Assembly: GCA_965215015.1 (NCBI GenBank)
Contig: OZ244042.1
Coordinates: forward strand, 2,016,001-2,080,000
DNA from: Candidatus Poribacteria bacterium
GTDB taxonomy: Bacteria > Poribacteria > WGA-4E > PCPOR2b
Direction: 5' to 3'
DNA length: 64,000 nt
Both the position numbers and the translations under genes were made by a program. Positions 30,304 to 40,769 of this stretch are shown here, piece after piece. Numbering within the stretch: position 1 is the stretch's first letter; every line of letters starts with the position of its first letter. The notes below the pieces were generated by a model that was not told where the DNA came from, made no database searches, and saw only the letters and a list, made by a program, of their open reading frames with translations.

Positions 30304-30466
30304 TGCCTATTTCAGCTAGATTAGCACAGCGTGGTTGATTTATCAACGGTTTTTTGATATAATGATCTGAAGGGAGGAAAATGGGAAGCCGAGAAAACGG
30401 GAGAAAAATTTAATGCGAAGACGCAGAGGAGGGTTCATTGATTTTGCGAGTCATAGGAGTAAAAGG

Positions 30467-31858
30467 ATGGAATATGATTTAACCTTAAACATATCACGTT
30501 TCACGCATCACGTTTCGCAGTTTGCGCTGCTGATTGCGCTTCTCGGAGGTGTGATTGGATGCAGCGGGAAGGACGAATCGCTCCAGCAAAGCGAGGCGTT
30601 GATCCGTTCAGGGATGCATCCGGAAGCGATTAACCTGTTGGACAAGATTCTCGCCGTGGATGACCGGAACCCCAAGGCGCGGTTTCTATTAGGTCAAGCC
30701 TATGAGGGCTTGGGCAGCTATGACGAAGCGGTCCGCCATTACCGGACAGCCATTAATCTCTACCCCGCTCATCCCGAAGACCGAGCGATGGTGCGGCTTA
30801 GGTTAGCAAAGGTGTATCTAAAACAGGGGGTTCGGGAATCAGGATACCGTGAGCTGCGGGCGATTGTTCAATCTACGTCGGACAGTGCAATCCTACAGCA
30901 GATAGCAGGACTCATCACGGATGCGTATCAGGTGGAGCAGTTAACCAGTGGCAAGTCGGATAACTATTCGCCTCGATTTTCGGCGGACGGTTCGCAGCTC
31001 GCGTTTGCGTCGTATCGGTTGGATAACGGTGAGATTTTCGTCATGGATGTAGATGGGCGTGTGCGGCATCGAGTGACCTTCACGACCGACTTCGATGAAG
31101 GAGAGCCCGCGTTCCTTAGCAATTCGCGCTATCTCATCTATAGTCGTGAACCGCAGACCGCGCGTCAGGTGAAGATTTTGTTGCAGAGCAGCGGATCGAC
31201 GCCAATCTACGCGGGTTTCTATGCGTCGCACATCTATAGCAGGGTTACACAGGAGATAATGCCCGTTGGGTTCGGCGTCCGATCGCTGGGGTTATCGCCG
31301 GATCGGCAGCGTGTGGCTTACGAATCGAATAGTGCCGGCAATTTAGAGTTGTATACGCTCGATCTGAGAGGCGTAGATCTGGGGGCGATTGATCCGGCGG
31401 TGATTCCGTCCCAGCAGATCACTCACAACCAAGTGGATGATGGCAGTCCGACCTTTTTCCCTGATGGCAAACGGATTGTGTTTGTCTCGGCGCGACCTGA
31501 TGACTCGGAGAACGGTCAGGAGCGGCATCAGATTTATAGCATCAATATCGATGGTAGCGATGAAAGGCGTCTGAATCCGAACCCATATGACTGTTATAGT
31601 CCTGTAGTTTCGCCGGACGGGGGGGCTATTGCTTTTGTCTCGGCACGGGAGGGGGATATTGAGATTTACCTGATGGATGCGGACGGATCGAATGAACGAC
31701 GGTTGACGAATGGGATTGGTGCCTCGATGCAGCCGGCGTTTTCGCCGGATTCGAGGGTCTTGGCGTTTGTCTCGGATCGCAGTGACACCTTCCAGATTTA
31801 TTTGATGTACCTTGACCGACCGGTAACACGGAGGGATTTGCTCCGGCACCTAGAGTAA
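30467..31858 (+). CDS. lipoprotein with TPR repeats and TolB/PD40 beta-propeller
   Basis: VIGC lipobox, TPR helices (ARFLLGQAY), repeated P.FSPDG..IAFVS.R motifs. Confidence 0.88.
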   Translation: MEYDLTLNISRFTHHVSQFALLIALLGGVIGCSGKDESLQQSEALIRSGMHPEAINLLDKILAVDDRNPKARFLLGQAYEGLGSYDEAVRHYRTAINLYPAHPEDRAMVRLRLAKVYLKQGVRESGYRELRAIVQSTSDSAILQQIAGLITDAYQVEQLTSGKSDNYSPRFSADGSQLAFASYRLDNGEIFVMDVDGRVRHRVTFTTDFDEGEPAFLSNSRYLIYSREPQTARQVKILLQSSGSTPIYAGFYASHIYSRVTQEIMPVGFGVRSLGLSPDRQRVAYESNSAGNLELYTLDLRGVDLGAIDPAVIPSQQITHNQVDDGSPTFFPDGKRIVFVSARPDDSENGQERHQIYSINIDGSDERRLNPNPYDCYSPVVSPDGGAIAFVSAREGDIEIYLMDADGSNERRLTNGIGASMQPAFSPDSRVLAFVSDRSDTFQIYLMYLDRPVTRRDLLRHLE

Positions 31859-31963
31859 ATGAAAACGAAAGAGCAAGGAGGCGAGAGGATTATTTTACGC
31901 AATAGTCCAACAACACCGAAAGGACACCGAGTGGAGATAACGGGAAAACGGCAGGTTGGATTC

Positions 31964-32155
31964 GTAGAGCTCCCTACCCGTTGGGCTTGGGAACCAAGCC
32001 CCTACCATTTCAGGCTTTGCCTTCGCCTGAATTCAGCTATAATGCATCTCGAATTATGCCCCCCTCACATAATTGAGGGGGGCATAAAGTAGTAGGCAGG
32101 CTCAGCGTGCCTACTACTGTCGGATTAATGTAATTGCCCGCGATTCATCGGGGCT
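31964..32155. repeat. cluster of REP-like hairpins
   Basis: GGGCTTGGGAACCAAGCCCCTAC; 14-bp stem TTATGCCCCCCTCA/TGAGGGGGGCATAA 32054-32087; GTAGTAGGCA...TGCCTACTAC 32089-32117; GCCCGCGATTCATCGGG. Confidence 0.65.
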
Positions 32156-32337
32156 CGTGAGGCGTATAGATACCAACACTGTCGCTCAACATACTTCGTA
32201 TTTTCAATCACCAATATGTTTTTGATTCGGACAACGCAGCGGAAACATGTGTTATAGAATCCGGGACGCGTAAAAGGTCGTTGGTTCATGGGTTCATTAT
32301 GGATTCAGGGGTTCATCGTAAGAGGGATAATTGAGAG

Positions 32338-33498
32338 ATGAAACATATGCGGTTTTTTGCAACGGCAGCGAAGGGCACGGAGACAATCGTCGCAAAAGAG
32401 TTGGCGGCGACCGGTGCCCGGAATATCCGACCCGCCCTCGGTGGCGTGCACTTTGAGGGCGGATTGGAAACGCTGTACCGGGCGAACCTGTGGCTCCGCA
32501 CTGCGAATCGAGTGTTGAGGCCGATAGCGGAATTCGCCTGCCCGACACCGGAAGCACTTTACGAACATGCTCGCAATGTCCAGTGGCGCGATTGGATGAC
32601 GGTTGATAGCACATTTGCTATCGATTGTAACTGCCGTAATTCGCAGATTTCCCATTCCCATTATGCCGCACTGAAGATAAAGGATGCGATTGTGGATGGG
32701 TTTCGGGATCGCACAGGGCGCCGTCCAAATGTAGATCGGCATCGTCCCATGCTCCAAATTAACGCCCATATTGTGAAAGACCGCTGCACCCTCAGCCTCA
32801 ATGCCTCTGGCGATCGATTGCATCGGCGCGGCTATCGGCGTCAGGCGATGAATACACCGTTGCGAGAGACGTTAGCTGGAGCGATTGTGGAGTTGGTCGA
32901 GTGGGATAGTGAGGGAATGTTCATTGATCCGATGTGCGGTTCCGGTACAATTGTCATTGAAGCCGCGCTCAAAGCGATGAATTATGCGCCGGGGCTCCTG
33001 CGGTGTGGGGATACGAGACGGACGGGATTTGGGTTTCAGCGGTGGCGGGATTTTGATCGGACACTGTGGGCGCGTTTGACCGATGAGGCGCGGGCGGGGA
33101 TTCGTAAAAAGATTCCGGGGCGGCTGCTTGGATATGATATTTCAAGGCCGGCGATCCGAATTGCGTCAGAGAATGCGAAACTGGCGGGACTGGAAAGACA
33201 GCTCCGTTTTATGAGAGGGGACGCGCTGAAGTTGAGCCCGCGCGGGCATCGGGGGGTTATCGTTTGTAATCTGCCTTACGGTGAGCGGACGGGTGAGGTG
33301 GAGGATTTGAAGTCGTTGTATAGGGGATTTGGGGATGTGTTGAAACAGCGGTGTGCAGGATATACAGCGTATCTGTTCACCGGCAATTTGAGGCTAGCGA
33401 AGTGGATCGGGCTGCGGACCGCCAAACGGTTTACGTTGTATAACGGACCGATTGAGTGCCGACTGTTGAAATATGAGTTATTTGAGGGGGGCTCATAA
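32338..33498 (+). CDS. rlmL: THUMP-domain rRNA (guanine-N2) methyltransferase, RlmL-like
   Basis: NLWLRTANRV, LHRRGYR, PLRETLA, DPMCGSGT, NLPYGER, LYNGPIEC. Confidence 0.88.
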   Translation: MKHMRFFATAAKGTETIVAKELAATGARNIRPALGGVHFEGGLETLYRANLWLRTANRVLRPIAEFACPTPEALYEHARNVQWRDWMTVDSTFAIDCNCRNSQISHSHYAALKIKDAIVDGFRDRTGRRPNVDRHRPMLQINAHIVKDRCTLSLNASGDRLHRRGYRRQAMNTPLRETLAGAIVELVEWDSEGMFIDPMCGSGTIVIEAALKAMNYAPGLLRCGDTRRTGFGFQRWRDFDRTLWARLTDEARAGIRKKIPGRLLGYDISRPAIRIASENAKLAGLERQLRFMRGDALKLSPRGHRGVIVCNLPYGERTGEVEDLKSLYRGFGDVLKQRCAGYTAYLFTGNLRLAKWIGLRTAKRFTLYNGPIECRLLKYELFEGGS

Positions 33499-33807
33499 AG
33501 GAGTAGGCACGACAGATCGTGCCGTAAACCACACAACCGTTACGGCATATTGCTTGGCTAACACCCAACTGCCATTAGACTCCCAACCATAACTTAAAAA
33601 ACAAAGCATCTCCAACCCCGTCAATGAGGCATCTTGCACCTCTACCGCCTGAGCCCCCTATCTGTATTCGTGCAATCTGCGTCATCAGTTTAATCTGCGA
33701 TTCTGACAATAATTATGAGCACCCCTCATTTAGTTTTCGGTTTTCTCCCTGTCTGAACGGTGTGTTGGGATTCGGAAATCCTGCCTACAAGAGAACTAAA
33801 TACCCCT
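33483..33807. mobile_element. family B element (33483-33728) abutting a family D element (33726-33807)
   Basis: TGAGGGGGGCTCATAA ... TTATGAGCACCCCTCA, then CATTTAGTT ... AACTAAATACCCCT. Confidence 0.7.
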
Positions 33808-33944
33808 CTACTATTTTTCGTTTCGCCTTGTGTTTTATACGGATCTGCGCTACACTTACACCGACTTTTGTTCATGCTATCTTTCCAATTTTTTGGATAT
33901 ATTGACCTGAAGAGAATCAACAGAAAAGGAGTTGCTATCAACCG

Positions 33945-35132
33945 ATGACCGATCTCAAACTACCCCTTCACCGTTTTACCGTTCTTGATTTGACCCGTGT
34001 TCGTGCGGGACCGACCGCCGTGCGTCAGCTTGCCGATTGGGGGGCGAATGTCATTAAAATTGAGCTCCCACCAGATCCCAATAAGCGAGGGGACGCACTC
34101 GGTTCACGCCACGATTTGGATTTTCAGAATCTACAGCGAAACAAGCGGGGGATCACCTTGAACCTCAAGTCAGAGGCCGGGCACGCCGCATTTATGCGTA
34201 TGGTGAGGGAGGCGGACGTGGTAGTGGAGAACTTCCGTCCCAACGTCAAGACCCGCCTGAAGATCGATTATGAAGCGTGTCGATTGGAGAACCCGCGTAT
34301 CGTCTATGCAAGTATCTCCGGGTTCGGGCAGGACGGACCCTACGGCGGACGCCCCGGCTTCGATCAGATCGCGCAGGGGATGGGCGGTTTGATGTGGATT
34401 ACCGGATTTCCGGGACAGGGACCCTTGCGTGTCGGGGTGCCTATCGCAGACCTCACCTCCGGTATGTACGCCGCTATGGGGATTCTGATGGCATTGCTGC
34501 AGCGCGAAGAAACAGGGAAAGGGCAGTGGGTGCACACATCGCTCCTCGAAGCCCAGATTGCGATGCTCGATTTCCAAGCGGCGCGCTGGCTCATCGGGAA
34601 CGAAGTGCCGGCTCAGGCAGGCAACGACCACCCGACCAGCATTCCGACCGGCGTGTTTCAGACAACCGACAGCTACATTAATATAGCAGCAAGCGGTGGG
34701 GTGATGTGGCAGCGGCTCTGTGATGTTCTAGCGGCGGCCCAACTGCGGGACAATCCCGACTATGCTGACGATGGAGCGCGGTCCCGGAATCGGGCTGCCT
34801 TGAACGCAGAATTGCAGGAATACTTCTCAACTCGAAGCAGCGACGAATGGATTCAGGCACTCAATGACGCAGGGGTGCCGTGCGGACCTATCTACAAAAT
34901 GGATGAAATGTGGTCAGACCCGCATGTGGAGCACCTCGAAATGTCCCGACCCGTGGACCACCCTGTGCTCGGCAGGTTGGACGTGCTACGGCACGCAACA
35001 AACATGAGTGGCACGCCAAAGATGCCGTATCGCCCGGCGCCCGAATTGGGTGAACATACCGATGAAGTCTTGAGCGAATTTGGATTCTCCGACGACGAAA
35101 TCGAGACAATGCGAAAGGAGAATATCGTATGA
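33945..35132 (+). CDS. CaiB/BaiF (family III) CoA transferase
   Basis: VLDLTRVRAGP, GANVIKIE, RNKR, VENFRP, SGFGQDGP, GFDQIAQ, APELGEHT. Confidence 0.95.
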   Translation: MTDLKLPLHRFTVLDLTRVRAGPTAVRQLADWGANVIKIELPPDPNKRGDALGSRHDLDFQNLQRNKRGITLNLKSEAGHAAFMRMVREADVVVENFRPNVKTRLKIDYEACRLENPRIVYASISGFGQDGPYGGRPGFDQIAQGMGGLMWITGFPGQGPLRVGVPIADLTSGMYAAMGILMALLQREETGKGQWVHTSLLEAQIAMLDFQAARWLIGNEVPAQAGNDHPTSIPTGVFQTTDSYINIAASGGVMWQRLCDVLAAAQLRDNPDYADDGARSRNRAALNAELQEYFSTRSSDEWIQALNDAGVPCGPIYKMDEMWSDPHVEHLEMSRPVDHPVLGRLDVLRHATNMSGTPKMPYRPAPELGEHTDEVLSEFGFSDDEIETMRKENIV

Positions 35133-35935
35133 GCCCGGCAGCAAGTAGTACCACAAACCTGATCATCGTCGAAAAGCGGGACGGTGTCGGTTATCTTGGT
35201 TTCAACCGTCCCGAAAAGCACAATGCCATCTCTTACGAGATGTGGCAGGGGATTGCAAAGGTCATAACCGATTTCGAGGAGGATGATACCGTCCGGGTGG
35301 TAGTCGTTTCGGGTGAAGGTGGTCGAGCATTTTCCGCCGGCGCGGATATATCCCAGTTTGAGAGGCAGCGTGCATCGGCAAACGCGATTGAGGATTACAA
35401 CGTAGCCGCGGGACTCGCCCACGAGAAGCTGACCGACATCCCCAAGCCGACTATCGCCAAGATTGCAGGATATTGTATCGGAGGTGGGTTGGGAATTGCG
35501 CTCTGTTGTGACCTGCGTCTCGCTACTGATAATTCAAAATTCGGTATCCCCGCAGCCAAGCTGGGCCTCGGCTACGGCTATGGCGGGTTGAAACCGTTGG
35601 TTGCCCTCGTTGGTCCCATCCGCGCCAAAGAGATTCTGTTCACCGCCAGACAGTTTGACGCGGCGGAGGCGTACGATATGGGACTCATCAATCGCGTGCT
35701 GTCGAAGGACGAACTGGACCGCTGTGTGGATGAATATACGGAGACTATCGCGGGCAATGCGCCCCTGACCATCAAAGCCTGTAAACAGATTATAGCAGAG
35801 ATTTGCAAAGATCCGGACAATCGGGACCTGGAGCTTTGCAAGCAGCTAGTAGAGGCCTGTTTCGCCAGCGAGGATTATAAAGAGGGGAGGCGGGCATTCA
35901 TGGAGAAGCGAAAACCGCAGTTTCAGGGGAAATGA
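35129..35935 (+). CDS. enoyl-CoA hydratase/isomerase family protein
   Basis: NRPEKHNAIS, AFSAGADI, GYCIGGG, EGRRAFMEKRKPQF; ATGA overlap with the CoA transferase. Confidence 0.95.
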   Translation: MSPAASSTTNLIIVEKRDGVGYLGFNRPEKHNAISYEMWQGIAKVITDFEEDDTVRVVVVSGEGGRAFSAGADISQFERQRASANAIEDYNVAAGLAHEKLTDIPKPTIAKIAGYCIGGGLGIALCCDLRLATDNSKFGIPAAKLGLGYGYGGLKPLVALVGPIRAKEILFTARQFDAAEAYDMGLINRVLSKDELDRCVDEYTETIAGNAPLTIKACKQIIAEICKDPDNRDLELCKQLVEACFASEDYKEGRRAFMEKRKPQFQGK

Positions 35936-36034
35936 AACGGGATACCTGAAATGTGAGAGTGGGACAATATATCTGTTGTTCAAGATTTCAGTGAACTAAT
36001 GCACCAATCAACGAATGAACTAAAAGAGGGATAT

Positions 36035-37021
36035 ATGGCATCCGAGAAAGATTATGCGGTTCAGTTTGTGGCACGGGAACAGGCGGAACTACAGATTGTT
36101 GAGCGGGACTCGACACCACTGGCCCCGGACGAAATTGCCGGCAGCAGCATCGTCACGTTGATAAGTGCGGGAACGGAGTCAACGGGGTCATATACATCAG
36201 AAGGCGCCCACCCACGCGGATCCGGCTATGCGGCGGTCTTTGCGGTTGAATCCGTTGGGGACGACGTGGACGACATCAAGGTGGGCGATCATCTTTTCTG
36301 TATGGGGAATCATCGGTCCTATCAGCGCGTTAAACGGGACGCGGCCGTGCCGCTGCCAGAAGGACTGGCACCGGAGACCGGCGTTTTCGTCCGGCTGATG
36401 AACGTGAGTCTGACCACCTTAACCACGACGACCGCTCGACCACCAGAGAGAGTTGTGGTCACCGGCTTGGGGATTATTGGGAATCTCGCCGCACAAAATT
36501 TTACAAATGCCGGCTACGAGGTGTTTGCCTGTGAACCGATTGAAACGCGACGTCAGGTGGCTATCGAATGTGGACTCAAGAATGTTTTGCCCGCTATTCC
36601 GGTGGATGCGCCCGACATTGCGGGGACCGTGGGCTTGGTCGTTGATTGTTCGGGGCACGAGCAAGCAGTTTTGGATGGTTGCAACGTCGTCCGAAAAAAA
36701 GGCGAAGTCGTGTTGATCGCGACGCCGTGGCGCCGGTATACGGAGATGTATGCCCATACTATCTTGCACGCGATTTTCCACAAATATGTGGTCATCCGAA
36801 GCGGGTGGGAGTGGGAACTGCCGAGTCAACCGACAGAGTTTCGCACAAACAGCATTTACGGAAATCTTGCCGCCGGAATGAGGTGGTTGGCTGAAGAGCG
36901 AATGTCGGTTGCACCGTTGGCAACGAAAATCTCTCCCCGCGACCCCCAGACCGTATATCAGAATCTGCTGCATAGACGGAGTGATCGGTTGACCTATCTC
37001 TTTGATTGGACAGATTGTTGA
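36035..37021 (+). CDS. zinc-binding alcohol dehydrogenase (MDR) family oxidoreductase
   Basis: LISAGTE, GY, VVTGLGIIG Rossmann motif, VDCSG. Confidence 0.85.
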   Translation: MASEKDYAVQFVAREQAELQIVERDSTPLAPDEIAGSSIVTLISAGTESTGSYTSEGAHPRGSGYAAVFAVESVGDDVDDIKVGDHLFCMGNHRSYQRVKRDAAVPLPEGLAPETGVFVRLMNVSLTTLTTTTARPPERVVVTGLGIIGNLAAQNFTNAGYEVFACEPIETRRQVAIECGLKNVLPAIPVDAPDIAGTVGLVVDCSGHEQAVLDGCNVVRKKGEVVLIATPWRRYTEMYAHTILHAIFHKYVVIRSGWEWELPSQPTEFRTNSIYGNLAAGMRWLAEERMSVAPLATKISPRDPQTVYQNLLHRRSDRLTYLFDWTDC

Positions 37022-37267
37022 GATTCCTATACATATATTCTCCGATGAAACTTTAGGGGAGATGCACCTTAAATCACCGCAGAGGGTGCTGAGAACGAGA
37101 AAGCGGGGAGAGGTTCATTCGTTCACTTAGCCCCAGCGGGTGCGACATGTGTATAGAAAAAATAAAACGTGATGCGTAGTACGTAAGGAGTATAGGTAAA
37201 GACTTCTGTCGACAGTCGAGATATGAATCTTGACCTACAGACTAATGAACCAACAAAAAGGAGCCCT

Positions 37268-38866
37268 ATGGCAGCCCCTCCAAACCAATCCTCTACAGAA
37301 AAACATATCCCCTTACAGGTGAGACCTCCAAGAATCCTCTGCAACACCGGGGCGTGGAACCCACTGGTTGATACCACCCACATCTTTGCCGGCAACCGGG
37401 GCATGAGCCGTGACAACCAATTTACACTCTTCGATGCCCCCGTTGGAATTCAATTCGAGGTGGAAGCCGCACTGAAATCTGAACCGCTGCTTGAAGCGGT
37501 GCAAGCGTGGGAACGTCCCGGCATCGCTCCCCTCTATATCTGGCAGGAGGAGGGTGCCTATCACATGCTCTACGAATCAGGGGGCAACGGCACCGCCTAT
37601 GCGTACAGCACTAACGCCTATCAATGGACCCGCCCCGAATTGGGACAGGTAGAATTTCAGGGGTCAAAGCAGAATAACCTCATTGCTAATCCGCCGAGCG
37701 GGGCATCAGGGTTTTTTGAAGACCCACAGGCACCGCCCGATCAACGTTACAAGGCGATGGGCGGGAATATGGCGTGGTACGACCCGGATACCAATGAAAG
37801 GCTACTCGGAGAGGAAGCGGGCAAGCGGATTGCCGTCCAAAACGCTGAAGGCGCAGCCTATAAGGGACCCAAGGCAGTCATCTGGGGGTGGATGCTGGGG
37901 TGGACTTCCCCCGACCGATTCCGATGGAGGCCGTTGGAACAACCGCTCGGCAACCGACCGGTCAACGGTGCGATCGCTGCCCGTTTCGATCCGCACCACA
38001 ACAATTACTACGCTTACCTACAGATTATGGGCTACCCGACGGAGGTAATGGGCGGTATCGGTACAGGACGCTTGGAAGAGAGTACGCACCGCCGCACCAT
38101 CGGCTTCGCCCGGACGGACGCCTTTCGCACATGGCCCGCCCCGAAACTTATCTTGGAACCGGACGCCCAGGACGACTTAGATATTTCGTTCTACGGTGCC
38201 AACTACTTTCCCTATCCCGGTCGCACCGATCTGCACGGGATGTTGATTCCGGTCTACCATCAGATTACGGATCACATGGACGGTCAGATTGCCTTCAGCC
38301 GCGATGGATTGTTCTGGTCGCGCCCAGAGCGGAAGCCGATTATTGAGGTGGGTGCACCGGGCAGCGGCGATGAGTGTTCCGTCCACTTCTGGCGGGGTGG
38401 GCTGATCGAACTCCCCGATGGCTATTGGGCATCGCCCTATACAGCCAACTCGAAACTCCACAATGTCCCGCCCAATATGGCGGGGGCGATGTTCCCCGCC
38501 CATCGTCCTTTGCAAATCCGGTGGGCGCGTTGGCAGCCTCACCGCTTCTGCGGTTTGGTCGCAGCGTTGGAAGGACGTTTTACGATTCCCACGACCTACC
38601 GGTGCCACGATGAACTGCGACTTAACTACCGGTGTAAACCCGGCGGTTGGATAAAGGTGGAACTTCTTGAGAATACACCCCATCTGATGACACCGGATGG
38701 CAATCCTGTCCCCGGCTTCAGCTTTGCGGAGTGCAACCCTTTGACCGGCGATGCAGCTGACCACGCTGTGACCTGGAAGGGACAAGGAGACATCAGCGGC
38801 ATCGGTGAGACCGTTGCCATTCGTATCCAGATGTTCCAAGCCAAACTCTTCGCCTACCGGGTTTGA
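37268..38866 (+). CDS. hypothetical glycoside hydrolase-like beta-propeller protein
   Basis: YHMLYE, AYS...WTRPELG, IAFSRDGLFWSR (Asp-box-like), C-terminal beta-sandwich; ATG after AAGGAG. Confidence 0.65.
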   Translation: MAAPPNQSSTEKHIPLQVRPPRILCNTGAWNPLVDTTHIFAGNRGMSRDNQFTLFDAPVGIQFEVEAALKSEPLLEAVQAWERPGIAPLYIWQEEGAYHMLYESGGNGTAYAYSTNAYQWTRPELGQVEFQGSKQNNLIANPPSGASGFFEDPQAPPDQRYKAMGGNMAWYDPDTNERLLGEEAGKRIAVQNAEGAAYKGPKAVIWGWMLGWTSPDRFRWRPLEQPLGNRPVNGAIAARFDPHHNNYYAYLQIMGYPTEVMGGIGTGRLEESTHRRTIGFARTDAFRTWPAPKLILEPDAQDDLDISFYGANYFPYPGRTDLHGMLIPVYHQITDHMDGQIAFSRDGLFWSRPERKPIIEVGAPGSGDECSVHFWRGGLIELPDGYWASPYTANSKLHNVPPNMAGAMFPAHRPLQIRWARWQPHRFCGLVAALEGRFTIPTTYRCHDELRLNYRCKPGGWIKVELLENTPHLMTPDGNPVPGFSFAECNPLTGDAADHAVTWKGQGDISGIGETVAIRIQMFQAKLFAYRV

Positions 38867-38946
38867 GGGATGGGTTCATTGAAGCTGCGTGATGCGTGAA
38901 ACATGATATGTAATGTGCAATAAATTTACCGATGGGTTTTCAATAT

Positions 38947-39276
38947 CTAGGGCGTGTTGACATTTCGCTAGCACCAATTCGGCAAACGCTGTTACCATCG
39001 GTCCATCCGACTCTAGGACTTACGCGCTTTAGCTTATAGTGGCGCAATTCAATCTGCGTCCCGACAGGCGATCGATTGACCAACTACCAATACTCAGGAT
39101 TCAAATATTTTAGGAGTTACGCACTTGAGTGTGTTGTAACACCTTTCAACCCCCATCACCATAGACCATAAATCGCATAACTGTCGCCGCCCGCTTCCTC
39201 GGGCGTTGAGAGGCACCTTCACCGGCGATGAATCGATGAACTACAAGGCTTCGAGGGGTCAACTGCGTAAGTCCTA
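38947..39276. mobile_element. stack of family A left end (38947-39000), family C left end (39014) and complete family C element (39111-39276)
   Basis: CTAGGGCGTGTTGACATTT; TAGGACTTACGC; TAGGAGTTACGC...GCGTAAGTCCTA. Confidence 0.7.
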
Positions 39277-39551
39277 TTTTTAATGCACAGCAGCGCAGAG
39301 AAACCAATTTTTTTTGCCAAAAACTCGGTTTTTTTGCACAATTTCTTAATATGAGCATTTTTTTCTAAAAAAAGAGCTAAACTTTTTCGATTGAAACCGA
39401 TATTAATATATAGAGACAGAAAGACTTGTTCAGATGAACTCGACTTTCAGGTGGAATGCTTCAACGATTATGGAAATGAGTTCACTTTCCTCAAGAATGC
39501 ACCGTTCATTTGTAACGCAGATGAAATAGCCTTTCAGAAGGAGGAACAGCC

Positions 39552-40181
39552 ATGACACAACAACGAGGCCCCCATTACTCAAAAAAGTGTCCTTTCCATA
39601 TTACCCCCAATCAACCCTTAAGTGCGGAGCAGTCAGTTAACCGATGTGTAAGGTGCGTGACCTATAGTGACCGACGGCTTCAAGGTATGAAAGCCGATTT
39701 GCATCAAGTCGCGTATCTGACCATCTGTGAAAACTTGCCGGAGTATGATCCAGACCATCAAACCGGCGCGAGTCTGAGCACGTTTATTCGTTCCCGGGTG
39801 TGTGCCAAGCTCTGGAATGAAAGCGAAAAACGCCTTAAATCAATTCCATTTTCTACGGTTGAGGCAGTTCCAGAGCCTCAACAATTTGTAGGCAATCCAT
39901 TGGTCGATGGTCTGACAAGAGAGGCGTGTCAATGTGAAGGCATTGATGAAACTGTGGCGTGGGCTGTCGCCGTTGAACAATTCAAGACATTGCTTCCACA
40001 GCTTCTGTCCCGTTTATCTGAGAAGGAAGGTACGGTCTTGAAATTGAAATTTTTTGAGGAGCGCAAAGCCGTAGAGATAGCAAAAAAGCTTGGTGTTAGT
40101 GAGGGGCGCGTCAGTCAGCTGACCCGTGCCGCCCTTGCTAAATTGCAGAAAGCCTACATTTCTGGGGCAATCCAGTCATGA
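39552..40181 (+). CDS. sigma-70 family RNA polymerase sigma factor (FliA/WhiG-like regions 2 and 4)
   Basis: DLHQVAYL...YDP...LSTFIRSRV; LSEKE..VLKLKFFE...EIAKKLGVSEGRVSQL; GGAGG RBS. Confidence 0.85.
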   Translation: MTQQRGPHYSKKCPFHITPNQPLSAEQSVNRCVRCVTYSDRRLQGMKADLHQVAYLTICENLPEYDPDHQTGASLSTFIRSRVCAKLWNESEKRLKSIPFSTVEAVPEPQQFVGNPLVDGLTREACQCEGIDETVAWAVAVEQFKTLLPQLLSRLSEKEGTVLKLKFFEERKAVEIAKKLGVSEGRVSQLTRAALAKLQKAYISGAIQS

Positions 40182-40258
40182 GGGCTTTAAAGGGTTTCCG
40201 CTTCAAGATTATCACTAGGGTAATCTTGATTAACCGATAACTTAAAGGAGGGTTTATC

Positions 40259-40759
40259 ATGTTGACTTTACGGCGTTTCAAAGGAGCGATGCTTACGGTT
40301 CTGGGGGCTCTATTAATTTGCGCGGTGGGGGCTTACACCGTTTCTGCCACAACCGAATCTGGATATAAAAGTGATATCTATTGGGAGTTCAATCTGGATA
40401 ATCTTGAGGCAGTGAATGGGTGGACTTACAGCGATCACTACGTTTATATCATAAATAATCGGCACGGGAGGATTACGGTTGACTGGGAGTTTTCACACAA
40501 AATCCTGGAACACGGTGCCGTGAATCATGATTTGCCGGATGATACCGTCTTTGGGACCGTCATCATTGATGGGTTGGGACAGCCTGGTGGAGACGTGAGG
40601 TTTTCTCTTTCCGATGTCCGTCAGGCTTATTATGGTCACTTAGACATAGACCTTGAGGACCACGACTATTATCTTGAAGCCTATACACGGATCAATATAC
40701 ATGGACTCAGCATCCCAACGGATAAGATCACACATACGTTGGATCTTCCGGCTAGGTAA
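40259..40759 (+). CDS. secreted hypothetical protein
   Basis: AAGGAGG RBS, signal peptide ending VSA, beta-rich mature part. Confidence 0.7.
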   Translation: MLTLRRFKGAMLTVLGALLICAVGAYTVSATTESGYKSDIYWEFNLDNLEAVNGWTYSDHYVYIINNRHGRITVDWEFSHKILEHGAVNHDLPDDTVFGTVIIDGLGQPGGDVRFSLSDVRQAYYGHLDIDLEDHDYYLEAYTRINIHGLSIPTDKITHTLDLPAR

Positions 40760-40769
40760 AGGAGGGACT

